From Macrostomum lignano (taxonomy: Eukaryota): DNA of 64,000 nucleotides. This document shows positions 19,801-32,969 of this stretch, one piece after another. Made by a program: the position numbers and the translations under genes. Location of the stretch: positions 1 through 64,000 of the forward strand of contig NIVC01001942.1 of assembly GCA_002269645.1 (NCBI GenBank). Direction: 5' to 3'. The notes beneath the pieces are model-generated. The model was given only the letters and a program-made list of their open reading frames with translations. It was not told the origin of the DNA and ran no database searches. Every line of letters begins with the position of its first letter. Position 1 is the stretch's first letter.

Positions 19801-22800
19801 GTGCGAGAATTCCGTGTGGCGTTGATTGGCGTCCAGAGCAGAGGAGCAGGACAAGAACATGGTGTTCCTGGTAGGCATGTGCAGGTGAGTGCTCGATACT
19901 GAACCTGCAGTGGGGGGCATTTTTCGGTTCACCATACGTGATGCATCTTGGAGATGTCCCGCATGTCGGACAACTTCAGCATCTCCAGTATGTTGCGGAA
20001 CTCCTGAATATCCCGCTCCTCAATCAAACAAGATAACACCTTTAGCGGATTGTCAGCCGATCGTATAGCCGATAGGACGTCCTGTGGCGTGATGACATTG
20101 CCTCGGCTGACAACGATTTGATCACAGCGGCGCTTAACAGCCGCGCCGACACCATCGGCAGCTCCTTTGCCATGGCCAGCCTCGGTGTACAACCATTGCC
20201 ACTCAGTAATGTCAAGGTGCAGCAGTAGACGATTGAAGATATATATCATCTTCCTGCTGTGATATTGACTGGATGGTGAGTCGCTAAGCATCGACACCCG
20301 GCGAATGGGGACGCCCAGATTTTCGCACTCGTTCAGAAAAAACAGTAGTACAGGCTTGAGGTGCGCGGCAATTGCATCGGCAGTCTTAGCCTTGACGTCC
20401 GAAACAGTAATAAATGAAGTCGGCTTCCATCCACTGACGTATCCAACTCCCTGATGCAGGACTATACTGTCTTGATCGCCAAAGTGCGCTGACTGCACCT
20501 CTTTGCTGTATTTTGCCGCATAATTCTCCGAGAAGTCGACGTGCAGTAAAAGGTGGCCAGGCTGCAGCGTCAACTTGAGGAACTTTATTGCGCGAAACTG
20601 GTTCCTAATGCGGTGAAAGTGGGAGGCAAAGGCTCGCAGTTTGCAGTGAAGCAGACTGACTGCTTCCTGGCACTCTGCTATCAACTTGACCACCTCTACA
20701 CCGCTGCGACCGTCCGTGCGCTGTCTCCAAGCCTCATACGTCACGCGAGGCTTCGCAGCCGCTACCTCGTTGACAACTGGCGACTTCGTCCTGCAGTCAT
20801 CACAGGCACGCATGAGGCAGGCAGGAGAATCGTCCCTGCAGACGAAGAGCTGCAGCAGATCGCGAAGGCTGGTGCAGGGTATCAGGCGAGCAGTGTGCAT
20901 AGCCTTCGCCAGATACTCCAAATTTGTGCATTGCATGCACATGCACAGCGGCCTGTCGCAGAGACGCGGCTTGACTACCTGTAATGAATTGAGACAAATT
21001 CGATTGAATTGGAATTGAGTCGGAGTTGTACACCAAAGTCTCTAGATTGAAGTGTCGGTCTCATATTTTTTTAATTTATTTTTTCGTAGGAATAACATAT
21101 ATAGCAGCGAAGAAGTACTGTACGTAGAAATCGATTAGATTTGGGCTTTGTCAATCAAGGGAGGGTGTAAAATGATATGTTAGCTGCACAAGCTGGCACA
21201 GTTCATAGCAGTATCAGATAATTAATTAAATTTACCTCGAACGGTTTCCACCGTCTAAATGTAGAGAGGCTGATCTGGCGACGCTCAGGAAACTCGGCGA
21301 GGTACTTGCTATGCAGCGACTTCAGGGTGTCACACAAGTATCGCTTCTGCCGCTTCTCCTTTTCGCCAGTCACGCGGTCGACGCCCGTGATTGTCTCATG
21401 CTTTGCAGCACTGGCACGGGAATTTTCATCGTCATAAAAGAAGTCGACAATGTGCTGTTGTCTCTCTTTGATTCGTTTTACTAGGCTTGCCTTTTCAGAA
21501 TTTTCGCTGTTGCACCAAAAAACTTCAGCACTGCCTTGCGCTGTGCCCCAACTGGTGTGCTTGCCACAATGCACCGTGTCATCTTCCGGCAGATGGAAAA
21601 ACGCCGTACTCTGGCAATCGCATCCTGTATTACATGCCTCGCCATTTCAGCATCTTTGTGTCGGCGCTCCGCCTTAGCTGATTGGCGCTGCTCTCTGCGC
21701 AGTTTGAGACGCAACTTGTTGATGGTCCGCTGATGACTAAAGATAGCATCGTCGTAGTGCTCAACCAACTTCCTGCGCTCTCGTAACCGGGCAGCATCAG
21801 AGCGGGAAAGTTTTGACCGTGTCGTCCTTTCTCCGGCATCTGGGGTGGTGAACAGCCATGGTAGCGTCGATAGGCGCGCCGTCTCTCATGCTGCAGGTAG
21901 TCAGCATAGCTGTCAAATTTTTTTTCTATGTAGCGCTGCTGCTGTTCCTGCTTCACCTGTTTCCTAGATGGCCTAAATGGCATGCTCTGAAAAGGTTAGA
22001 AAATACATATAATGAGAACGGGAATTTCAGCTCAGATATATTGGCATATTTTTTCTCTCTCCGTATTTTATGCACTACTGCTAGTAGCAGTAGCATTCTC
22101 TCCTTTCCTTTTTCTTTTCATCTTATACTTTTCCGTAATATTTTCATCTCTAGCTGTTTCTTGTTTTCTTCTTTTTCTTTCATAGCTGAAAGGTACACTG
22201 TGGAGATGGAACATTTTACTGTCAGAGAGATAATGAGTGAACGCTTTGTCTGTATTTTTTGCTGTCTTCTTGTAGATTTCAAGATATTAAATTACGAGTA
22301 TCAAGTTATTTGAGCATGATTGCATAAGTTATTCTAATGTTATAATCTTCATGATGCCCAAAATTATTGATCCTAGGTAAATCTGATTTCAATTAAATAA
22401 ACCAATGAATTTGGTTCTAAGTAAATTTAAAGTCAATCAGACCTGATTAGTTGGTGTTAGTAAGTGACGTCTCTGATTAATCTTTGATATTCTACTATCT
22501 TTGGTGGCCTTAGACTAGAATAGCTAGTCATTAAAAAATTTAACTGACAGTCAATAAATAAATGTTTAAAGTAATTTTTACAAAAATTAACTCAACTTAT
22601 TCAGCATGAAATTTAAAGCATAATAAATATAATCAAAAATAACTAACTAAATCCTAATTCATTACAAATTGTGCATTAATTGGCAATAAAATTAAATTAG
22701 GTCCTCCCTGCTGTAAAGCAAAAAAAATGCTTCTTTATAGGGTTCTTTGCAGTGCCTTTATGAAATATCTAAGCTTTTCATTGTACATGCTCCACACAGT

Positions 22801-23846
22801 GGGCTTCCGGAGAAAAAAATCATGACAAAAACTAACATATATGACATTCAGGAGCCAACAAAGAGTGCCAGTTAGTAAAGAAAAAAAATGCTTCAAGCTT
22901 GATAAGTGTGTAATAACATATTGTAATTCTAAAAGCTGGCAATTATTCATTTTGTTACAACAGACTACTGGAGAAAATCACTTTGTGCTCCCTAACTATT
23001 AAAAAGTATCTTTATATTGTTGTAGAATATTATACAGTAGGTAATATGTTAAGGTTTTTTAATAAAAAAGCTTGGATTTAATGCTAAATTATTTCTAAAA
23101 TAGAAAAGTGAATAATCCTATTAGATACATCAATGTAGATTAGTCTTTAACCTATTCTCATATGAGCATACATGTGGGATGCCATAATTAATGTTTACTA
23201 CCAAAACGAAGAATATTCGAACTCCAACAGGGTTTGTACAATAAAATCATTACTCATGCATGCATTTAACGCAAATTAACTTAAAACTTTCAATATCTAC
23301 CTTAATTCCTACATTTTTGTAGCCCTAATTTGTAAATCATATAGACATTTTTCGCACGTGGTCAGCGTGGTTGAATTTCCGCCAAAAAATTATCGCTGAA
23401 AAAAGGACATATTTTGTCTTTTAGAGGGGCGAAAAAGACTAATTTTTTTTCAATTATGGTAATATTATTTATATTTCACGGTTTAATGGAAGATTAAACC
23501 AGTCATACTCATTAAAAAAACAGATAAAACTTGGTATTACAAAGGTTGAATGGTGTAAACTCGCGATGCCCTCGTTTTGACTTTGCCCAAAATTCCAATA
23601 TTACCAGTTCCAGAATCAGAATCGGATCGGATCTTCCAAGAAAAACAGCAGTAAAACTATTTAATTCTGTTGAATGTTTGACTGCCTTAACAACCTCACT
23701 TAGCACAATTTTTCACTTTCTTCTTGGCGATTGTCATTCAATAATAAAAACTTTATAGCACGTATCTCCCTCTACTTATGGAGACAAGTTATACTTCACA
23801 AATTGGTTCTGGTTCTGGAACCAGAACAAGCAATATGAAAAGGCCT
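16811..23846. mobile_element. Harbinger-type MITE copy 2, split by a ~6.77-kb insertion (16827..23597)
   Basis: Left TIR remnant GAGGCTTTTCAT at 16811; remainder of the MITE at 23598-23846 ending ATGAAAAGGCCT; TAG on both outer flanks (16808-16810, 23847-23849); ATATTA duplicated at both insertion junctions (16821-16826, 23598-23603). Confidence 0.65.
19485..21983 (-). pseudogene. Disrupted DDD/E-type DNA transposase (Sola3-like motifs, tentative) with C-terminal PHD finger
   Basis: Two exons (21236..21983 with 2 frameshifts; 19485..20978) joined by GT-AG intron 20979..21235. Motifs FYDDENSR, QKRYL, VDFSENY..EVQSAHFG, SDSPSSQYH, TEAGHGKGAADGVGAAVKR. In-frame TGA at 19929-19931, then LTCTC, an RG repeat and a PHD finger (19506..19652). 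No TIRs identified. Confidence 0.8.
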
Positions 23847-26016
23847 TAGGTTTTTAACCAACCTATACCGGCCGAGATCGATCTGACGTGCGACATTTAA
23901 CATAATTTGAATTCGTCCCTCAATGCGTGTATGATTTGAATGTATCGCAAATGCAATTCTGATATTGTAATATAATCTTATTTTTATTTTACAGTCAAAT
24001 TTCATGTGCTTATATACATGCTATATTTTGATTCTTCCTAAATTTAGGATGACAGAAAATACATTTATGTCCATTTGAACTCACCGGCTTTGTAGAGCCC
24101 TCAATTAAGATTTAAGTATCAAGTAGAACTTAGCAGTGCTACAAAAACATTACTGATAAATAATATTACTGTACCTCGTGAGCTTTTTGCAAAATGCAAA
24201 AAGCAAAATGCAAAATACATGATGGATGGAGCTTTCATATGCATAAATGTATACTTATAAAGGTAGTACATGTATGACGTTGCATTCCTGCACGATAGCT
24301 CAAATGCATGTACAGCACGCACTAACTTTTGTTGCAATTTCCAATTAATTACACATGCTTGATGGCTGTGAATATACAATTCTACTTTTTACTGTTAAGA
24401 GTGCATCTAAATTAATTTTTAATTAGTGTAATTAATTCACAAATTTGTGCCGCGTGCGTTCATTTTTTTACAATAGTAACATGTACAGGCATGCCGAGCT
24501 TTAAATTAAAATAATAGGAAAATCGCGACTTGTGCAATAATCTATAGGCCATACAATAATAACACACGAACAGTTAAAATGAAAAGAAAAGTGTGTACGA
24601 ACTTTGTTCACTTTAGTCACAAACAACGAATAAAATTGCGCTATACACTGCGCACATAATACTGAACTGATGCGTGCTAGCATATATTTATATTTAAAAT
24701 TCATTTTATAAAGAACAGGCAATAGAGAGTAAAGGGCTTTGATATATAATTTGAGATTGGGTCAGATAAGCACCCGTGGATTTAGGAAGATAAAATTGGC
24801 GACACATGCTTGGAAAACACAGTAAGCGAAGCAAAAGCCGTTGGTAATAAGTTTTAATAAATATTTAAACAAAAAAACACCCAGACAAACTAACTCAATG
24901 AGTACAATAGCTATTATTTTAACAACGAGAGGTATGAAGGGTGAGTTGGATTGATGCAGCAAGCAGACAGCTAATCCGGTAACTCTGAATGAGAACGGGT
25001 AAAAATTGACAAGACGAAATAAAACAAAATCTGACGGAGATGCGTGCAGGTGTTGCTAACAAGTCCGCGGCTGTTTGAAACCAAAACGGCAAGGGTTAAG
25101 TAAAACACGGGGGAGATTTTACAGAAAACAGGGCATTCCGTGGACTGAGAGCGATACGATAACAAACTACTACCAGCTATAAGGAACAGTAGAGCTGCTT
25201 AACAAGAATGGAATGCAAAAATGTACAGAATATAAATTGAGATTAACGGCATATAAAATATGCACATTGGGAAGTAATAAAAATGAGAACACCAAACTGG
25301 TGTACCAATATGACGAGGCAAGCAAGGAGAAGCGCACCGAACACACAAGTCTAATGAGAAATCACAATTGAAACAATGACAAAAATAGTTGGAGCACAAA
25401 AAACCTAATAAAAACTGGAATGTTGCCATCGAAGCTGTGGGGTTTGGAGAATTTTTGGTGAGCAAAACAGCCAAATAGGTGTGGACAAAATAACCGGTAA
25501 TATATATATATATAGCTCACAGGCTTGCTTGGTCTTCTCTCTATTAGAAGCAGCAACAGCAATTCGATACTAAAAAGGCCAATTATTCTCTTTCAGCCAG
25601 TCCACCGGAAACTAAGAAAACATCAACTCTGATAAGAGTTATCAACACAGCGCCCACCAGAGGCAAACTCAAACACCAGGAAAAATGAGATTACACATTA
25701 AATTGATGGGACTCGGCAAAAAAACTATGAGATTAAGACGAATTTTTGATGAGGACTTTGCGACTAGATGGAAATTTGCTCTGTTAGAGCAAAAACATTT
25801 GTTGGAATACATGTAGCCACAGATACTTAAATAGCTAGACATGTCACTGAAATAAAAAATCTAATAAACTTTAATTGATTCAACGTTTTTAAGCTGCAAC
25901 AACCGCCGCTGGCTTTCTACAAGCAGACCCAATAAATTAGCAACTTAATTCTGTTTGATTGTCCTGTGTGCATAGCGAGCAAGAGGGAAAAGGGCCCCAA
26001 GTCCCAGCCAGACCGA

Positions 26017-26278
26017 GAGGCTCTTCACGGCAATCGATTCCAGAACCAGAATCGGTTCGGATTTCCAAGAAAAAAAGCAGTATAACTTTTTAACTTTGTT
26101 GAATGTTTGACTGCCTTAACAGCCTCACTTTGCACAATTTTTCACTTTCTTCTTGGCTATTGCCATCCAATAATCAAAATTTTAAAGCACTAATATCTCT
26201 CTAGTTTAGGAGACAAAAAGTTATACTTTACAAATTGGTTCTGGTTCTAGAACCAGAACAAGCAATATGAAGAGCCTC
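26017..26278. mobile_element. Harbinger-type MITE copy 3
   Basis: TIR GAGGCTCTTCA / TGAAGAGCCTC; interior homologous to 1524-1783 (inverted) and 23598-23846. Confidence 0.75.
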
Positions 26279-26329
26279 CGATACACAGTTAGGTTTTCCT
26301 CCCTTTTGTCCGCTTGTCTGAATTTGATC

Positions 26330-26560
26330 TCTTTACTTTCTGCTCTCTCATTGGCTGAGCTAGATTTCCCTGCCCCCCTTAGGCTGAGTTTCGTCCGTCT
26401 AACTTTGACTTCTCTCTCCTTACTGCTCTCTCATTGGCTGAGCTAGATTTTCCTGCCCCCCTTAGGCTGAGTTTCGTCCGTCTAACTTTGACTTCTCTCT
26501 CCTTACTGCTCTCTCATTGGCTGAGCTAGATTGGGCCAGACTGAGTTTCGTCCGTCTTGC
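26330..26560. repeat. 83-bp tandem repeat, about 2.7 copies
   Basis: TGCTCTCTCATTGGCTGAGCTAGATT recurs at 26341, 26424 and 26507. Confidence 0.9.
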
Positions 26561-27232
26561 GTTCACTTGTATATCAAGTTAAATGCTTTCTCTTCATTCT
26601 TAACCCTATATGCTCCTGGGGCCACAACCCCGAGGAAGGAAAGAAAATTTAGCTGCTACATTAAATTTAAGTAGCATGCGCAGACATATTACTGAAAAAA
26701 GAGTAGACGCTCTGCTTTTCATAACTTCAATTTCTAGTGGCATAGGAAGCTATTCTAGTATCTGTGTATGTAGCTAGGCTTTTCTCAGACAGATTCGATT
26801 GTTTCTTTAGACATCTCTTAATAAAGCGGCTAATGTATTGAGAAAGACTAAACACTGACTTAAAAAGTTGACATAAATGTAACAATTAAAGGAGCAAATA
26901 ATAAAGGAGATCGCGCGCGTTTTTTAGTTAATTGTTTAGAAACATTATGACAATCATTAAAACAGTTAAGTTGAAACAAAATAAACTAAATTGGATGATT
27001 TTATTGCTAAGTTGAAAGGCACTATTTAGGAAAGCTTATTAATTGCAGTCAATAAAAAAGGTATAGAGCGATTTTTGAGTTGTTTAAGGGGCGTTTCTTG
27101 GAATAGCTTAAGGCCTAAGGGCTACTTTTACAGTAGTTTAAGGAGTCTCTTGGAATAGCTTAATGAAGATTCTTATACTTACTGAACAAGGAGAATTTTT
27201 ATTTAGGCAACCTGTGGGCTGATTTTTGGAGC

Positions 27233-29336
27233 TCACAGCGTCGACTTTGCCGACTCTTTGTTACCGCCGCCGCGTCGGCCGGCGCTTTCGCTGCGCGCCT
27301 TCCGCCGACGGAACAGCCAAGATCCGGACAGCCGCTTCCGCCAGCTTTGCTGACCGGACTTGCCAGCTGCTTGCATCTGGTGAAGGCCGCCGCCAGTCAC
27401 GGAGCGAACGCTGCCAGTGACGGAGCCGCCGCCAGCATTGGCGGATTCGTCCTGCTGCTGTTGCGGAGGCCGCGGCGTCTCCAGCGGGCTGACAACCCAC
27501 AGACGGAGTGCCGATCTGCTCTCCCGGATTAGACGGCTCAGGTGCTCGTGCGATGCCCATTTCACATCCTGGTCGCCGACTCCGATGACTACATCACGCG
27601 GCTCCAGGCCGTTCGCCTTCGCCTGGCCGCTGTCGTCTACTGAGGCCACGGTCACTGGAGCCTCGCCGGCCAGGCTGAACCCGAAGCTGCCGCTGCCGCC
27701 GCCGTCGCCTTCGCCGCGATGTAGCCGAATTTCCCGCGGCTGCGACCAGGCGTTGCGCGAATTGAAAAACCCGATTGGGCCCAGCGCGGTGAACAGGTCC
27801 TGCACCGGGTGGCGGTGGAAGTTCGGCTCATCTGGCGACAGGGCGCGGCCGATGCGGGCCCGGATGCCGCTGGAGTAGAATGAGACCAGCTGGGCGCTGG
27901 GCTCCAGCTCGATGTCCATGTGCAGCGTGCGGGCTCTGGCGGGCAGGGGTAGGTGAAACAAGTGTTTATAATAATAATAAATATTCCCAAGAGAGCTGCA
28001 AGCATCCTGGAGCAATGCCTTCGACGACATCGTCCCACAACCAGCGCTGAGGCAATTCTGCCCATTCCGCTGACTCCTGAGCACATGCCAGCGCGCCAGT
28101 ACTGTACGCAGGCACGCACTCATACACACGCTCACACAGGGTGTACAGCGGCCCTGACTTTCTAATCGTAAGGCATGTGCACCCTTGGTGCCCGCTAAGC
28201 TGCTCTGCCCCCTGAAAGGATGCCTTCTGCAAACACGAAAGTTTGAAGCTCGAAACCTCACAAGCATGAAACATCACATCTTCGAAAAAAAATTGAAGCT
28301 TGGAAGTTTCGTGCTTGTAGAAATGATTGACAAGACTTTTCGACGATAGGAAATTTGGAGCATGCGAAAGTGACTCGGCGAAATGATTTTATTGATGAGC
28401 AGCTGAGGATCTGGGAGGGTGCAGGCGGTGGCCTGGCAACTGAGGATCTGGGAGGCTGGCTCAGCACCTGAGGATCTGGGAGGCTGGCTCAGCACCTGAG
28501 GATCTGAGAGGCTGGCTCAGCAACTAAGGATCTGAGAGGCTGGCTCAGCAACTGAGGATCTGGGAGGCTGGCTCAGCACCTGAGGATCTGGGAGGCTGGC
28601 TCAGCAACTGAGGATCTGGGAGGCTGGCTCAGCATCTGAGGATCTGGGAGGCTGGCTCAGCACATGAGGATCTGGGAGGCTGGCTCAGCAACTGAGGATC
28701 TGGGAGGCTGGCTCAGCAACTGAGGATCTGAGAGGCTGGCTCAGCAACTGAGGATCTGGGAGGCTGGCTCAGCAACTGAGGATCTGGGAGGCTGGCTCAG
28801 CAACTGAGGATCTGGGAGGCTGGCTCAGCAACTGATGATTTGAGCAACAATGGCAAAAACTACTATCAGTAGCTTCAACTCAAATGAGTTAGTCCTTCAA
28901 CGAGTTAAAAGTTAGTATCCCACTATAAACACTTGATGTCAAGAAATATTTTCAAAACAGAGAGCTAAACAGACAGTTGAACACTATATTTCAATACAAA
29001 AAACATTTCGGTTAAATACAGGATTCTCATACTGAGCAGTTCTATTTTTAGTGCTGCAGGTACAGAGCGTACCGGCTAATTCCGCTAAGTAAAGAATCTT
29101 TTAAAACCAATTCATTAGAACTTACTTAGAGTGCAGCCGATTTAGAGTGTTGCTGCACACTGCCAGGTCACTCAGCTTCTTGTTAAGCGACATCAACCGG
29201 ATGGCCTCCTCGAAGCACGACATGGCCTCGGCTGCGTACAGTCGGGCTGAGGGATTCCGTGTGAGAGTTGAGTGAGCCGAATAGAATACTAGATTTTTTA
29301 TGCTATCATGCAGTCACGGATTGAGAGGGGCAGACA

Positions 29337-29369
<33 letters not shown>

Positions 29370-29436
29370 GGCAGACACTAAGACAGAAAGACAGACAGAC
29401 AGACAGACACACACACAAACAGACAGACAGACAGAA

Positions 29437-29529
<93 letters not shown>

Positions 29530-29580
29530 GGCAGACAGACAGACAGATAGACATACAGACAGACAGACGGGCAGACAGAC

Positions 29581-29637
<57 letters not shown>

Positions 29638-32600
29638 GTAGCAGGTAACTAACCAAAGGCCCGCAGCTCGCCGGAGGTGGTGGGTTTCCTAGAATTCCTG
29701 GCCAGCAGGACTTCGGTCAGCCTGGTGACAACCTCGGCCACTGGAACGGCCGTCCCGGACAAGGCCAGGGCGTCCACCATGAAGTTGGCCAAGGCGAGTC
29801 GGGCCAGTCCTTTGAAATAGTTGGTTTTGAGCTGCACCAGAGTCAGCCAGGTGTCCGGTATGAAGTCCGAGTAGCGCAGAATGTCGCCGGACAGTCGAGT
29901 GTCGACATTGTTGAATACGTCGCTGATAAACTCGGCGGCCTGAGCCCGGACCAGGTAGAACTCGGCCAGGCCCTGGATTGAATTCGGCTTTGACTGCGGC
30001 TGCTGGGCTGTAGGTTAATGCAGGTAAATTATTTGGGGTCATTTGAGGTCACTAGTTGGAGCAACTGAGTTGCTGAGATGCCATGGCTCAATGGGGAGTT
30101 GCTGAGATGCCATGGCTCAATGGGGAGTTGCTGAGATGCCATGGCTCAATGGGGAGTTGCTGAGATACCATGGCTCGATTGGTGAGTTGCTGAGATGCCA
30201 TGGCTCAATGGGGAGTTGCTGAGATACCATGGCTCAATGGGGAGTTGCTGAGATACCATGGCTCAATGGGGAGTTGCTGAGATGCCATGGCTCAATGGGG
30301 AGTTGCTGAGATACCATGGCTCAATGGGGAGTTGCTGAGATGCCATGGCTCAATGGGGAGTTGCTGAGATACCATGGCTCAATGGGGAGTTGCTGAGATA
30401 CCATGGCTCGATTGGTGAGTTGCTGAGATGCCATGGCTCAATGGGGAGTTGCTGAGATGCCATGGCTCAATGGGGAGTTGCTGAGATGCCATGGCTCAAT
30501 GGGGAGTTGCTGAGATACCATGGCTCGATTGGTGAGTTGCTGAGATGCCATGGCTCGATTGGTGAGTTGCTGAGATGCCATGGCTCAATGGGGAGTTGCT
30601 GAGATGCCATGGCTCAATGGGGAGTTGCTGAGATGCCATGGCTCGATTGGTGAGTTGCTGAGATGCCATGGCTCAATGGGGAGTTGCTGAGATACCATGG
30701 CTCAATGGGGAGTTGCTGAGATGCCATGGCTCAATGGGGAGTTGCTGAGATACCATTTGGGGAGTAATAAAAAGGTGGGGTGATAAAAATGCATTTCTAA
30801 GAAAACGACTTATTCAAGCACTCACAAGGCTGCTGCTGCTGATAGTCCAATTGATATTGACACTCGTAGGCTTGCGCTCTCAACAGGTTTGCAGTCATCT
30901 CCAGTACGGCCGACTTCATATCCATACTGGGCGCATTTGTGTAGTTCTCCGCCACGAACAGGATTGCGCCCCAGCTGCGCAGCAGCCATTTTAGCGCCGC
31001 CTCCGGCTGCTGACGGGCCGACGAGAGCGCCAGCTGGCTGCATACGGCCGCCAAATTGTAGGCCATGCAGGCCTTCTCGAATGCCAAGCTGCGCTGGGTG
31101 AAGGCCACACCGGTGAACGAGTCGAACCAGTGGAAGAATAGGCTGTGCGAGCGCCACGGGGCGAAGAACCTGCGGTCCAGGTACCTGGGTGAGAGAGCCA
31201 GTTAGCGACTGATTCAATGAGCGAGTGAATTCCTAACTGAGTTCACAAGTTTACGAGTTCAGGAGTTTATGAGTGAGTTCAAGGTTCAAGGTTCGTCCAC
31301 CATCCTGCGCCGGCGGCGACTTCAACTGGCGGGCCACGTGATCCGGGCCGAGGGCTACTGCCCCCAACCTGTTCAGGACGTCCTGCTGCTCACCTTGCAG
31401 GGTCCGTTCAGGCAGGGTCGGGCCCGAACCCGTCGATACGTGGACTGCCTGCTGTGCAACGCTGGGGCGCCCGACACTGCCAACGAAGCGGACTTTGTTC
31501 GCTCCCAGGCTCTGCGGCGCGCCATCTGACGCGCCCTGCTCTAACTGTGACTGTGCATGCGGGGTCGCGTATTTTGTTGTTGTTGTTGTTGTTGTTGTCA
31601 AGGTTGAGTTCATGAGTTCATGAGTGAGTTCATGAGTGGGTTTATGACCAAGTTCAAGGTTGAGTTCATGAGTTCATGAGTGAGTTCAGGAGTGGGTTTA
31701 TGACCAAGTTCAAGGTTGAGTAAATGAGTTCATGAGTTCATAAGCGAGTTCATGAGCGAATTTATGAGTGAGCTCATGGGTGAGCTCATGAGTTTATGAG
31801 TGAGTTCATGAGTGAGGTTATGAGTTAATGAGTTTACAAATGATTAATTCATGAGCGAGTTAATCAGCTACAAGCAGTCAGCTGAAGCGGCCAACTTACC
31901 ACAGGTGATTCAAGTAGACAAAGATGTCCGCCACGCCCTGCTCGGAGCGCAGCGGCCTGCGCGCGGCCTCTCGCAGGCGGTTGAGCTCAACAAAGCAGTG
32001 CCGATAGTCGTCCCGCCTGGCGCTGTAGTGCTCCTCGATGAAGTCGGCCAGCGCAGGCTCATAGTCCAGCGGCCGAGTCTCCTTCAAGCCCAGCGGGATC
32101 ATAGGCAAACAGGCGCTGGTGTCCTGGTACACCTCCAGCGCCTCGTTGATGTCGGCGAGTTCCCGCTGAAGCAGGTCCAGATTAGAATAGGCGTATTTCA
32201 ATTCAACAGAAATTTGCGCCTTGGCCTGTTTGTCTCGCGTCACCCTCAGCATGTTCTCAGCGCCTTTGGTCAGCTGCAGCTCGCGGTGAATTTTCTCGTT
32301 CACCTCGCAGCGCTTCACCTGAAGGCGGGACCGGCCGGTCTGGCGGACAGCCTGGCCTCGTTGTGGCTGACCGGGCAATTCTGATTGCCGCTCTTCCTGC
32401 TGCTGCTGTTGCTGTTGTTGCTGCTCTTGACGCTTGCGCAGATGCTCTAAATATTGCTGCTGCAAAAGCAGCTTCTGCTCTTCTAATTGTTGCTTTTTTT
32501 GCTGCGATAATTGCAGCGAAGCGGCGCCATTGCTGGTGGCGACGTGTGTCGGCGTAGCTGACGGCCGAGGCGGAGTCGGCGGCGGCTGAGGCTGCGGCTG

Positions 32601-32763
32601 CTGAGGCGAAGTTGGCGCTGATTGGCGGGGCGGAGGCCGCGGCGCCGGCGGCTTGTTGGAGCGAGGCGCCCGGCCAGCCGACTGGCCCGGCTGCTGCTGA
32701 CGGTGCAGCCCCAGGCCGTTGCTCACTGCAGCTCCGCCGGAACTGGTACCGTTTTGCTGCTGT

Positions 32764-32795
<32 letters not shown>

Positions 32796-32864
32796 CCGCT
32801 GCTGCTGCCCGTTGCGAGGCAACTCTTCAGCGGTAGCCGACTTGCGGTATCCCACTGCTGTCGC
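27233..32864 (-). CDS. RHPN: Rhophilin (HR1 + Bro1 + PDZ), first coding exon not found
   Basis: Exons complement(join(27233..27935,29126..29246,29654..30007,30826..31184,31900..32864)), phases consistent. HR1 [19 protein letters not shown]...[12 protein letters not shown], Bro1 [15 protein letters not shown]...HWFDSFTG...[39 protein letters not shown]. Confidence 0.93.
27985..28210 (-). mobile_element. SINE family C, internally deleted
   Basis: GGGGCAGAGCAGCTTAGCGG head joined directly to the CATGCC..CGATTAGAAAGTCAGGGCC body. Confidence 0.7.
28402..28834. repeat. 28-bp minisatellite (CTGAGGATCTGGGAGGCTGGCTCAGCAA), rhophilin intron
   Basis: About 15 tandem units. Confidence 0.95.
29333..29638. 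repeat. (GACA)n microsatellite
   Basis: Begins about 15 nt inside the 29653 donor. Confidence 0.97.
30066..30755. repeat. 29-bp minisatellite (GGGGAGTTGCTGAGATGCCATGGCTCAAT), rhophilin intron
   Basis: About 23 tandem units. Confidence 0.95.
31294..31598 (+). mobile_element. RTE-type LINE 3' end with (TTG)n tail
   Basis: [13 protein letters not shown]...[10 protein letters not shown]-terminal motif of RTE-clade ORFs, stop at 31529, (TTG)n tail, TSD CAAGGTT at 31287-31293 and 31599-31605. Confidence 0.8.
31606..31860. repeat. Degenerate GAGTTCAT-based repeat (also 31215-31290, split by the LINE)
   Basis: Recurring GAGTTCAT/GAGTTTAT/GAGTGAGT octamers. Confidence 0.8.
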
Positions 32865-32969
32865 CTGAAAATGGGCACGCGGAAGAGGCAGAGGTGTAGA
32901 ATAGTTAGTATGTTTCAAATGTTCTCACAAATCATTATAAACATGCGCTTACAGTTCACAGATGCAAAT

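Noticed and set aside
26330-26560. GGACGAAAC on the minus strand of the 83-bp repeat, suggesting a hammerhead ribozyme
   Set aside because: The required CUGANGA box and stem II are absent.
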